Assembly: GCA_965248115.1 (NCBI GenBank)
Contig: CBDFII010000005.1
Location: 275,123-339,122, forward strand
Source of the DNA: Dehalococcoidia bacterium
GTDB lineage: Bacteria > Chloroflexota > Dehalococcoidia > Lucifugimonadales > CBDFII01
Direction: 5' to 3'
DNA: 64,000 nucleotides
Below, in pieces: positions 10,053 through 18,597 of the stretch. The notes beneath the pieces were generated by a model. That model was given only the letters and a program-made list of their open reading frames with translations, did no database searches and was not told the origin of the DNA. The position numbers and the translations under genes were made by a program. Positions within the stretch are counted from its first letter, which is position 1. Each line of letters opens with the position of its first letter.

Positions 10053-11237
10053 CTAAAGTCGCTTGAGCGCCGCCTCTAGGAGGCCTACTCCCTCGTCCAC
10101 CTCATCGGCGGTGATGGTTAGGGGAGGCATGAACCGAAGGGCGTTGGGCTTGAGTCCGTTCAACAGCAGCCCTTCCTCGTTGCAGATGGACACCACTTTC
10201 CCCGAGATATCGTCGCTAAAATCCAGGGCCAGCAGTAGCCCATTGCCCCTAACCTCGGTTATGGAGGGGAACTGGGATTTTAAGTCCTCAAGGCCCTTCA
10301 TTAACCGATGGCCCATGGCCACGGCGTTAGCCGGAACGTCATTATCGATAAGGTACTTGGCGGCAGCGTAAGACGCTGCGCAGGTGAGGGCATTGCCACC
10401 AAAAGTGGAACCGTGATCACCCGGCTCCAGCGCCATACATCCATCCTTGGACAGGAAGGCCCCAATAGGCACGCCACCTCCCAGACCTTTAGCCAGGGTT
10501 ATGACATCGGGCTCTACTTCGTATTGCTGGTACCCAAAGAGGGTTCCGAGTCGCCCCATCCCCGTCTGCACCTCATCCAGGATGAGGAGTAGCCCCTGGG
10601 CATCGCACCACGCCCTCACCTGTCTCAGGTAGTCATCGGAGGGGATGTTCACTCCACCCTCACCCTGCACCGGCTCCAGCATTACCGCTACGGTGCTCTC
10701 ACTAGTGGCGGAGACGATGGCTTCCACATCATTGTAATCCACATGAACGAATCCCGGCACGAGGGGCTTAAACGCTTCTTGGTAGTGAGGCTGGCCCGTG
10801 GCGGCCACCATCCCCATGGTGCGCCCGTGGAAGGAGTTATAGGCGGTTATGATTTTATAGGCCCCGTTTTTGTGCATTCTGCCATACTTGCGGGCCAGCT
10901 TTACGGCTCCCTCGTTGGCTTCGGCGCCACTGTTGGCGAAGAACACCTTGTCTAGGCAGCTATTCTCTACCAGCAACTGGGCCAGTAAAAGCTGGGGAAT
11001 GGTGTAGAACTGGTTGGAGGTCTGCATCAGGGTGGAAGCCTGCTCCACGATGCCCTGTGTGACCGCGGGATGGCAATGGCCAAGGTTGTTTACCGCCCAG
11101 CCAGCGGTGAAATCCAGATAGACCTTTCCGTTCACGTCCCACACCCTGCTCCCCTCACCACGTACAATAACCACAGGCTGCCGCCGCACTGTAAACATGT
11201 AGTAGCGTTTTTCCATCTCCATCCAGTCGGTGCTCAT
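10053..11237 (-). CDS. argD: Acetylornithine aminotransferase
   Basis: NSGAEANE, FHGRT, DEVQTG, LAKGLGGG, STFGGN; arg operon context. Confidence 0.93.
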   Translation of the reverse strand: MSTDWMEMEKRYYMFTVRRQPVVIVRGEGSRVWDVNGKVYLDFTAGWAVNNLGHCHPAVTQGIVEQASTLMQTSNQFYTIPQLLLAQLLVENSCLDKVFFANSGAEANEGAVKLARKYGRMHKNGAYKIITAYNSFHGRTMGMVAATGQPHYQEAFKPLVPGFVHVDYNDVEAIVSATSESTVAVMLEPVQGEGGVNIPSDDYLRQVRAWCDAQGLLLILDEVQTGMGRLGTLFGYQQYEVEPDVITLAKGLGGGVPIGAFLSKDGCMALEPGDHGSTFGGNALTCAASYAAAKYLIDNDVPANAVAMGHRLMKGLEDLKSQFPSITEVRGNGLLLALDFSDDISGKVVSICNEEGLLLNGLKPNALRFMPPLTITADEVDEGVGLLEAALKRL

Positions 11238-14005
11238 TGTGAATTGCCTCTAAGGGTGCTTTCCAGTCTGCTCAGAGCCTCCTCCAGGGCTGCAATAGCA
11301 TCCTTTACGCTCGTAATGGCCCCTTTTATTCCCTGGATCTCTTTCTCTGTTTCACTACGGGGGACCTCAGACTTCTCCTCTGGCGCAGTGATAGTGGGCG
11401 CAGTGGTCAAGGCCAGCTTCTCACCAACCAGCAGTTCCAGCCCTTCGGATAGAGTGTCGGCCATTATCACTTTAGTGGAGTCGGCTACGATGACCTTTTT
11501 GAGTTCGGGGAAATCCAGTGCCTGGGGCGAAATGAAGAGGGGCTCCACATAGAGGATGGAGTTGCCGATGGGGATCACCAGCAGATTGCCTCTGATGCAC
11601 AGCTTACCTTCGGGACAAAGGAGGGTTAACTCCCGGCCCAACGTCTCGTCGCTGGTGATGCGTGCTTCTACCTGTTCGGACCCATCCACCTGGGTGCCCC
11701 TAGGGAAGGTGAAGGTGAGGAGCTTGCCATAATTTTCGTCGTCGTTACGTGCCGCCATCCAGGACACCATCTTCTCCCCTACCAGAGGAGTGAAAGGGAG
11801 GATGAGCACGAACTCCTCCTCAGTCTCTCCGGGCAGAGTCATGATAACGTAGTAAGGCTTAACTGGCTGAGTCTGATCGAAGTCGTTCCCGAAGACCTCT
11901 TCTCCTACCTCCCACTGATCCTGCTTGTTAAAGAACACGTTGGGGTCCTTCATATGGTATTTGAGATTTATTTCTGCCTGGATACTAAAGAGGTCTTCGG
12001 GATAGCGGATGTGGGCCTTTAGCGAATCGGGCATGTCGTCGTAGGACTTAAAAAGGATGGTGAATGCCTTCTGATACATCTGAATCAGGGGATCCTCGGG
12101 CTCGATGACGAAGAAGTCTACGCTTCCGTTGTAGGCATCTATCACGATCTTAACGCTGTTCCGAATATAGTTGATCTTCTCTTCAAAGATGTCCTCGCCG
12201 GACCGAGTGGAATAGGCGTAGCGGTCGGTTACGGTGTAGCCATCTATCATCCACCATAACTTGTCATCGACGATAACTAAATAGGGGTCTCGGTCCAGAT
12301 TCAGGAAGGGCGCGATCGTATCCACTCGCTCCCGAATCTCGCGCCGGTAGAGTATCCGGCTCTGCGGAGTTATCTGTCCACTTATGAGGATGTTAAGGTC
12401 GGTGAACTCCCAGAAATAGGCTATGCGCCGAAGAAGGGAGCTCAGTTGGACGTCGCCCTTGCCCTCGTAGTTCTTGTAGACTGGATCGCCGTCAGGTGGC
12501 TGGTGATCAAACTCTGTCGTTTTGGAGTTAACAATGACGAAATCGGTGGTGTTTTCGCCGTAGTATACCTCGGGTCTTGCAAGTCCCAATTCCCCTTTGG
12601 GGGGAATATCATTCAAAAGAAAGAGGGGCCTTCCCTCGGTGGTGAAGTCGGTCACAGGGCTCGCGGCAGCTCCGAAGCCGTGGGTGTACTGGAGCTTTTG
12701 GTTGACCCAGTTCTGGTCTTCAGGATCCAGGTTTCTGGGGAAGAGCTCGCGGGCCGACAACATCACCTGGCGCTTCTCGCCGTCAAGCGTGTAACGGTCC
12801 ACGTCGGCGTCGACGAAGTTGTAGTATAGCTCGAAGAACTGTATCTGGTTGTAGACGGCCCTCAAAGGAGCGGGATCCCACAAACGCACATTCTTTATAG
12901 TTTGGGGGTTGTTTTGTACATCTTCGATGGTGAGGCGAGGCTGGTAATCGAATATCCTCTCTTCGATAGAGTCAATGTTGTAGGCCTCCAGGGTACTCTG
13001 GATGTTACGGCTTATGTACTCTGTCTCCGCCGTGAACTCGTTGGGGTTCACTCTAACCCGCTGGTATGCCTCGGGGAAGAAAAGTCCCGACGCCAACGCC
13101 AGCACCACCCACAGGCTAAAAGCGCCGACCATTAAACGCAGATGGCCAATGAAGATACTCACCCCAAAGCCCACTGCCGATAGAAAAGCGATTGTGGTAA
13201 GGAGATACAGGATGGGGATGCGGGCATTCACATCGGCGGCGGCGGCCCCAGGCGCCGCTCCCTTTTCGGAGAACACCAGCTCGAAGATGTCCAGATAATG
13301 AGCCAGGGAAATGGTAAGCATGAGAAACAGCCCCAGAATGGCAAAGTGGCCCAGTATCCTGGGAGTTAGGGTGAAACTAAGGCCCCTCAGAGCGTACCTC
13401 GCGCCGTATAAGACAGCCGTAGCCACCACAAGGGCCATCACAGCTCCCTGAAGCCATCCTTGAATGAAGTGGAGCACAGGAAGTGTGGCCACGTAAAAGG
13501 AGATGTCCCTGCCAAACTGAGGGTCAGCCACGTTGAAAGGTACCTTGTTGAAAAAGAGAATAAAGGTCTCCCACTTACTGGCCACCACCACTCCAAACAC
13601 CACGCTCGTGATCAAGGCCGCTAACACAGCCGCTGCCACGGTGCCCCTTTGCATCAGCCTGTATACATCCGCAGGGACGGGCAGGGTAGATTCGCCTCGC
13701 GATGAGCGGAATGCCATGTAGAGGGTGATGGTGATGAGAATGGCAAATAAGCTGAATCCTGCAAAAAAGAGCCAGATTCGTAGGCTTAAAATGGTCGTGA
13801 AGACGTTAAGGTAACCAAGCTGGTCGAACCAAAGCCAATCTGTGTAAATACTCCTCGCCACCCAGAGGACGATGAAGACCAGCACCAGGGCAAAGATAAC
13901 GACACCCCATCTGACCAGCAGGCGGATGTTAATGGGGATGGGTTCTCGGGCTATACCCTCTGGTGGTCCGCCTTCACCATTGTTGCCGCCGCCGAATGAG
14001 CTCAT
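11234..14005 (-). CDS. UPF0182 family membrane protein
   Basis: DWLWF, DPQFGRDISFY, VRLWD, YTHGFG, NYIRNSVK, HIRYP motifs; 923 aa with N-terminal TM helices. Confidence 0.92.
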   Translation of the reverse strand: MSSFGGGNNGEGGPPEGIAREPIPINIRLLVRWGVVIFALVLVFIVLWVARSIYTDWLWFDQLGYLNVFTTILSLRIWLFFAGFSLFAILITITLYMAFRSSRGESTLPVPADVYRLMQRGTVAAAVLAALITSVVFGVVVASKWETFILFFNKVPFNVADPQFGRDISFYVATLPVLHFIQGWLQGAVMALVVATAVLYGARYALRGLSFTLTPRILGHFAILGLFLMLTISLAHYLDIFELVFSEKGAAPGAAAADVNARIPILYLLTTIAFLSAVGFGVSIFIGHLRLMVGAFSLWVVLALASGLFFPEAYQRVRVNPNEFTAETEYISRNIQSTLEAYNIDSIEERIFDYQPRLTIEDVQNNPQTIKNVRLWDPAPLRAVYNQIQFFELYYNFVDADVDRYTLDGEKRQVMLSARELFPRNLDPEDQNWVNQKLQYTHGFGAAASPVTDFTTEGRPLFLLNDIPPKGELGLARPEVYYGENTTDFVIVNSKTTEFDHQPPDGDPVYKNYEGKGDVQLSSLLRRIAYFWEFTDLNILISGQITPQSRILYRREIRERVDTIAPFLNLDRDPYLVIVDDKLWWMIDGYTVTDRYAYSTRSGEDIFEEKINYIRNSVKIVIDAYNGSVDFFVIEPEDPLIQMYQKAFTILFKSYDDMPDSLKAHIRYPEDLFSIQAEINLKYHMKDPNVFFNKQDQWEVGEEVFGNDFDQTQPVKPYYVIMTLPGETEEEFVLILPFTPLVGEKMVSWMAARNDDENYGKLLTFTFPRGTQVDGSEQVEARITSDETLGRELTLLCPEGKLCIRGNLLVIPIGNSILYVEPLFISPQALDFPELKKVIVADSTKVIMADTLSEGLELLVGEKLALTTAPTITAPEEKSEVPRSETEKEIQGIKGAITSVKDAIAALEEALSRLESTLRGNSQ

Positions 14006-14035
14006 CAGACTGCCCTCACCTTCGTAATCTTCACG

Positions 14036-14845
14036 TTAGCTCCGCTCCGCTGCCATGATACGGGTGCCGCTACCCCTATCGCAGAGACAGTCCAAAAGAG
14101 CTGCCGGGCGTCGCCCATCTACAATCTCTGCCACAGGTACTCGTTCCAGCGCCTTTAGAGAAGCTTCCAGCTTAGGGATCATTCCACCCTTCACCACTCC
14201 TGAGTCGAGAAGGAGTCTGACATTCCGGGGTGTCAGACTCTGAATGAGCCTTCCTTCCGCATCCAGCACTCCCTCTACATCGGTAAGAAATATGAGCCTA
14301 TCGGCCTCAATGGCGTAGGCCATCTCCCCCGCCACCGTGTCGCCGTTGATGTTGAGCATGCTCCCGGCATGGGGAGAGCCGTCGTTGCAATGGATGCCTA
14401 CAGGGGCCACCAATGGCATATAGCCTGCCTCCATAGTTTTCAACAAAAGGTCAGGGTTGACCTGGGTGATCTCCCCCACAAAGCCCAGTTGGGGGTCAGC
14501 CATCCTGGCCTGGAGTAGACCGCCATCAACCCCGCTGAAACCTATCACTCTATTCCCCTTGGCCGACAGTGCAGCCACCAGTTGTTTGTTCACAAGGCCC
14601 GTAAGGACGGCCACCACTATCTCTAAACTCTCGGCGTCAGTGACTCGCAGCCCTCTCACGAACCGAGGTGTTGCTCCCTGGCGCTGCATCCATTGAGATA
14701 TAAGTTCGCCACCGCCGTGGACTACTGCGAGCTTTACACCGTCTCGCTGAAGGGTGCCCAGGTCTTGAAGAGCGGTGTCGTGGCTACCCAGGGTGGAACC
14801 TCCTATCTTGACTACTACAGGTCGCTGTGCCACCTCAGCCTCCAT
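14036..14845 (-). CDS. argB: Acetylglutamate kinase
   Basis: VVKIGGS, VHGGG, GLRVTD, NINGD, GGMIPK. Confidence 0.96.
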   Translation of the reverse strand: MEAEVAQRPVVVKIGGSTLGSHDTALQDLGTLQRDGVKLAVVHGGGELISQWMQRQGATPRFVRGLRVTDAESLEIVVAVLTGLVNKQLVAALSAKGNRVIGFSGVDGGLLQARMADPQLGFVGEITQVNPDLLLKTMEAGYMPLVAPVGIHCNDGSPHAGSMLNINGDTVAGEMAYAIEADRLIFLTDVEGVLDAEGRLIQSLTPRNVRLLLDSGVVKGGMIPKLEASLKALERVPVAEIVDGRRPAALLDCLCDRGSGTRIMAAERS

Positions 14846-14899
14846 AGCACCCGCCAGTCTTGAAAGAGTGCGCCTGAAGGTTCCATCGCATCCCTGAGC

Positions 14900-16117
14900 C
14901 TAAGTAGAATAGGCGCTGTTGATAGTTATGTACTCTTCGCTGAGATCACAGCCCCAAGCGGTGGCCCTCCCATCACCTATGTTTAGGTGTAGCTTAAATG
15001 ACACCTCATCCCTCTTCATGATGACTACCACTGCATCGCGGTGGAAGGGAATAGGCTTGCCTCCCTCCATGATACATATGTCGTTGACGTATAAAGCGAG
15101 CTTCTCCTCTTCTATTTCTGCGCCGCTGCGTCCCAGAGCGGCGATAATGCGTCCCCAGTTTGGGTCGCCACCGTGGACCGCTGACTTCACCAAGTTGGAG
15201 GCTACCACAGTCCTGGCGGCTTGACGAGCGTCCTCCTGGCTAGCAGCACCCTCTACTGTCACCTCTATTAATCGCGTGGCTCCCTCTCCGTCGCTAGCCA
15301 GATCCCTGGTAAGATGGACGCACAGTTGGGTGAGGGCTTCCTGAAAGAGGTGATGCTCAGACGAGCCCCCTTCTATAGGAAATGCTTCGGCTCCACCATT
15401 GGCTAGCAACAGGACAGTGTCGTTGGTGCTGGTGTCACCGTCGATGGATAGCATGTTAAAGGAGCTATCCACAACTTCCTTCAAGCTCTTACGAAGAAGA
15501 TCCTCCCTTATCTCGGCATCGGTGGTGATAAAGCAGAGGAGGGTAGCCATGCTGGGATGGATCATGCCAGATCCCTTGGCGATACCGCCCACTGTGACGG
15601 TGGTACCACCTATATCGAAGGCCACCGCCGATTCCTTGGGATGGCTATCGGTTGTAAGGATGGCCCTCGCCAAATAGTGACCTCCATCCTCTTGAGGCTG
15701 TATCTGGCCGACGCTTGTCCTAAGCAAAGCCATGGGTAGCTCACGACCGATGAGGCCGGTGCTGCACATCAGCACTGCTTCATGCTTCAGCCCCAGATGG
15801 TGGGCAGCCAGGGCTACCACCTCTTGGGCGTCTATAAGGCCCTGCTCGCCTACACCTACATTGGCGACACCGCTGTTAACCACGATGGCCCTTACCTCGC
15901 CCTTGGCCAGGTTCTTCTGAGTGACCAGAATCGAAGGAGATTTAATCGCATTGGTGGTGAAGACCCCAGCGGCAGAACATGGCCGGTGAGAAAGCAATAT
16001 GCCCAAGTCTAACTTGTCTTCGGTGTAGGTTTTTAGGCCAGCGAAGGTGGCTCCGGCGACGAAACCCTTGGGGCTGGTCACCGTACCTTGCTCTACAAAC
16101 CGTATCTCCCCCGCCAT
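14900..16117 (-). CDS. argJ: Bifunctional ornithine acetyltransferase/N-acetylglutamate synthase
   Basis: KGSGMIHPSMAT, DGDTSTND, DGEGAT, DPNWGR. Confidence 0.97.
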   Translation of the reverse strand: MAGEIRFVEQGTVTSPKGFVAGATFAGLKTYTEDKLDLGILLSHRPCSAAGVFTTNAIKSPSILVTQKNLAKGEVRAIVVNSGVANVGVGEQGLIDAQEVVALAAHHLGLKHEAVLMCSTGLIGRELPMALLRTSVGQIQPQEDGGHYLARAILTTDSHPKESAVAFDIGGTTVTVGGIAKGSGMIHPSMATLLCFITTDAEIREDLLRKSLKEVVDSSFNMLSIDGDTSTNDTVLLLANGGAEAFPIEGGSSEHHLFQEALTQLCVHLTRDLASDGEGATRLIEVTVEGAASQEDARQAARTVVASNLVKSAVHGGDPNWGRIIAALGRSGAEIEEEKLALYVNDICIMEGGKPIPFHRDAVVVIMKRDEVSFKLHLNIGDGRATAWGCDLSEEYITINSAYST

Positions 16118-16327
16118 ACAACCTGCCCTGTCTATACCATTAAAGCTGGAAAAGTAGGTTGGAGTATATCATAACCCCAAGCTAAATAGAAGGAACACCC
16201 TTAATGGGTAGTGGTTTAATTTCCTAGGGAACCCAATATCGCCCCCGCCTGACATGAACGAGGATGCCGTGATAGGCCATATCATTAGCGACACCCGTCA
16301 CTGTGTTGTAAAAGTGAAGGCAACCTT

Positions 16328-18306
16328 GATTCGTTCGTAAAAACCCCTCGCCAAGCTGGGGCAAGGCAGGGATAATGTGGGGAAGCGGCGAGGTGCTGCA
16401 CCTGGGCGGGGGAGGTGAGCATGTTCCGAGAGCGAGACCCACAGGTGAGCCTGTGGCAGTCCGAGTTCCTGGTTCCGCCGAAGAAGGCTAGGCGCTTGGA
16501 GCGGAGTTGGGCCGAGGTTTTCCGGAACGAGGCGCTCCCCCTGATTGACGAGGAGCGCTTTGCTCCGATGTACTGCGCGGACAACGGCCGTCCCAACCGA
16601 GCGGTGCAGACCGTCCTCGGGGTCCACCTTCTCAAAGAGATGTTCAACCTCACCGATGATGAAGCCCTAGAACAGCTGGAGTTCAATCTGCTCTGGCACC
16701 ACGCCCTGCGGCTGGATATGGAGGAGACCCACCTCCCCCAGAAGACGCTACACAACTTCCGAGTTCGCCTGATGCAGCACGACGGTGGCCGGCTGGCTTT
16801 CCAGGAGACCACGGAGCGGATCATCCAGGCGCTGGGTATACGCACCGGAAAGCAGCGGCTGGACTCCACCCACATCATGAGCAACATCGCCACCCTCACC
16901 CGCCTCGGCCTGTTCTGTGAGACGATGCGGTTGTTCCTTTGGGCCGTGAGCCAAGAGCACCCAGAGCTTCGCCGTGTGGTCCCAGAGGGCCTTGTGAGGC
17001 GCTACTTGAAGGAAGAAGCAGAAGCGACCGACTACGAGGACGCCCGCTCGGGGGAGGGTCGCCGAAGGCTTGGCGTGTGTGCCCGGGACCTCTACCGGCT
17101 GGTGGACGGCTTCCGTGGCACGGCTGCCGCCCAACTGGAGGAGTACCGGCTGCTGGAGAGGCTGCTGCGGGAGCAGTGTGTGGTGGGCAACAAGAGGGAC
17201 GGGCGCCCCGGAGAGGGCGATGACGACGCAGGGGAAGGGGCGGTGCCCATCACCCTCAGGGACCCGAAGGAGGTGCGGTCCGATTCCCTGCAATCGCCCC
17301 ACGACCCGGAGGCCACCTACAGCGGGCACAAAGGCAAGGGGTACGAGGTACAGGTGGCGGAGACCTGCCATGCGGAGAACGCCACCCAGTTGATCACTCA
17401 TGTAGAGGTGACCCCATCCAGCGGGAGCGACACCGACGTGACTGTGCCGCTGGTTGACGGGCTTGCGGAGCGGAAGGTCCGACCGGACGAGCTCTTCGCG
17501 GACACGGCGTATGGGTCGGGCCGCAACGCCTTCGAGGCCTCGCGCCGGGGGACGGAACTGGTGAGCCCGGTGGCGGGGTCGGCGCCGGGGAACTCCCACG
17601 AAGGAGAGGGAGACGGACCGCCGCCGCTCACTGGGGCGGACTTCCAGATCGACGTCACCGGGGAGCAGGCCACGGTGTGCCCCGCCGGGCACCGGTCCGT
17701 CGAGGAGTACGAGCTGGAGGATGCGCCGGAGCGGGTAGAGGTCCACTTTGCCAGGGCAACATGCGAGCCCTGCCCCTTGCGGTTCCGTTGCCCGGTGAAG
17801 CTGGACCGGCGTGCGGGGGCCTACGTCCTCAAGGCGGACCTGGTGAAGGTGAACATCGAGGGGCGGCGGCGGGCCGAGGCCACCGAGGAGTGGCGCAAGC
17901 GGTATGCCATAAGGGCCGGGATAGAGGGGACAAACTCCGAGCTGAAGCGCGCCCACGGGCTTGGGCGCTTGCGGGTGCGAGGGGGCCGTCGGGTGCGGCT
18001 TGCCGTCTACCTCAAGGCGTTGGCGTGCAACTTCAAGCGGATGGTCCATGCACGCCTGGTGGAGATGGAAAACACGGCTCAGCCGGAGGCCGGGACGGTA
18101 CCTGCGGTCGCAGCCGCGTGAGGGCCCCGCTCCATAACTTCCATCGGGCGCCCTGAGCCACGGAAGGGGTACTGCACGGGATACTGCTTGTCCTGAGCGC
18201 AGCCCCAAGGGCGGTGAGGTCAGCAGCCGACAGCCCGTGGCGCCTCCCTGCCAGACACCCTCGCACTCCAGGGTCCATCTCTAACAGGCCTTTCTACGAA
18301 GGAATC
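16328..18306 (+). mobile_element. IS1182-like insertion sequence (~1.98 kb)
   Basis: Imperfect terminal inverted repeats GATTCGTTCGTAAAAACCCCT / AGGCCTTTCTACGAAGGAATC; 6-bp direct repeat AACCTT at 16322-16327 and 18307-18312; visibly more GC-rich than its flanks. Confidence 0.85.
16415..18121 (+). CDS. DDE transposase (IS1182/IS5-like)
   Basis: N-terminal GRP..LTDDEA..NFR transposase segment, RLDSTH, ADTAYGS, C-terminal YAIRAGIEGTNSELKRAHGL (YxxRxxxExxxxxxK). Confidence 0.9.
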   Translation: MSMFRERDPQVSLWQSEFLVPPKKARRLERSWAEVFRNEALPLIDEERFAPMYCADNGRPNRAVQTVLGVHLLKEMFNLTDDEALEQLEFNLLWHHALRLDMEETHLPQKTLHNFRVRLMQHDGGRLAFQETTERIIQALGIRTGKQRLDSTHIMSNIATLTRLGLFCETMRLFLWAVSQEHPELRRVVPEGLVRRYLKEEAEATDYEDARSGEGRRRLGVCARDLYRLVDGFRGTAAAQLEEYRLLERLLREQCVVGNKRDGRPGEGDDDAGEGAVPITLRDPKEVRSDSLQSPHDPEATYSGHKGKGYEVQVAETCHAENATQLITHVEVTPSSGSDTDVTVPLVDGLAERKVRPDELFADTAYGSGRNAFEASRRGTELVSPVAGSAPGNSHEGEGDGPPPLTGADFQIDVTGEQATVCPAGHRSVEEYELEDAPERVEVHFARATCEPCPLRFRCPVKLDRRAGAYVLKADLVKVNIEGRRRAEATEEWRKRYAIRAGIEGTNSELKRAHGLGRLRVRGGRRVRLAVYLKALACNFKRMVHARLVEMENTAQPEAGTVPAVAAA

Positions 18307-18597
18307 AACCTTGATGTCGGCTTTCGGATAACTCTCTGGCGGTCAAATTCACGTGGGATGCGACCTAACTGTATACGTCAATGGTATCTGCCTCACCACC
18401 AAGGGAATGAAGCGCCGTTGTAATAGTCTCTCGCCAGAATCCTTTGTAGCGCATATTCAAGACCCTCGCTGTTCCTGAACGATAGCAGCCCTCACAGGGC
18501 GCCACAGGTAATAAAGAACCCTAAGACCCTTTCGGCTACCTCCTGCTTTCGCCACCAGGGTACGAAAGCCCAGACGTGGAATAAATCACACCGAGCT

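Larger units (their letters stand above)
16224..18454 (-). pseudogene. Small winged-helix (Mrr-N/HARE-HTH-like) gene interrupted by an IS and an in-frame TAG
   Basis: Removing 16328-18306 plus one AACCTT copy restores an 82-codon frame: MRYKGFWRETITTALHSLGGEADTIDVYS*VASHVNL..VRRGRYWVP; TAG at 18365-18367. Confidence 0.6.

Noticed and set aside
16748-18208. 486-aa minus-strand ORF inside the IS
   Set aside because: Antisense shadow of the GC-rich transposase with no recognisable motifs.
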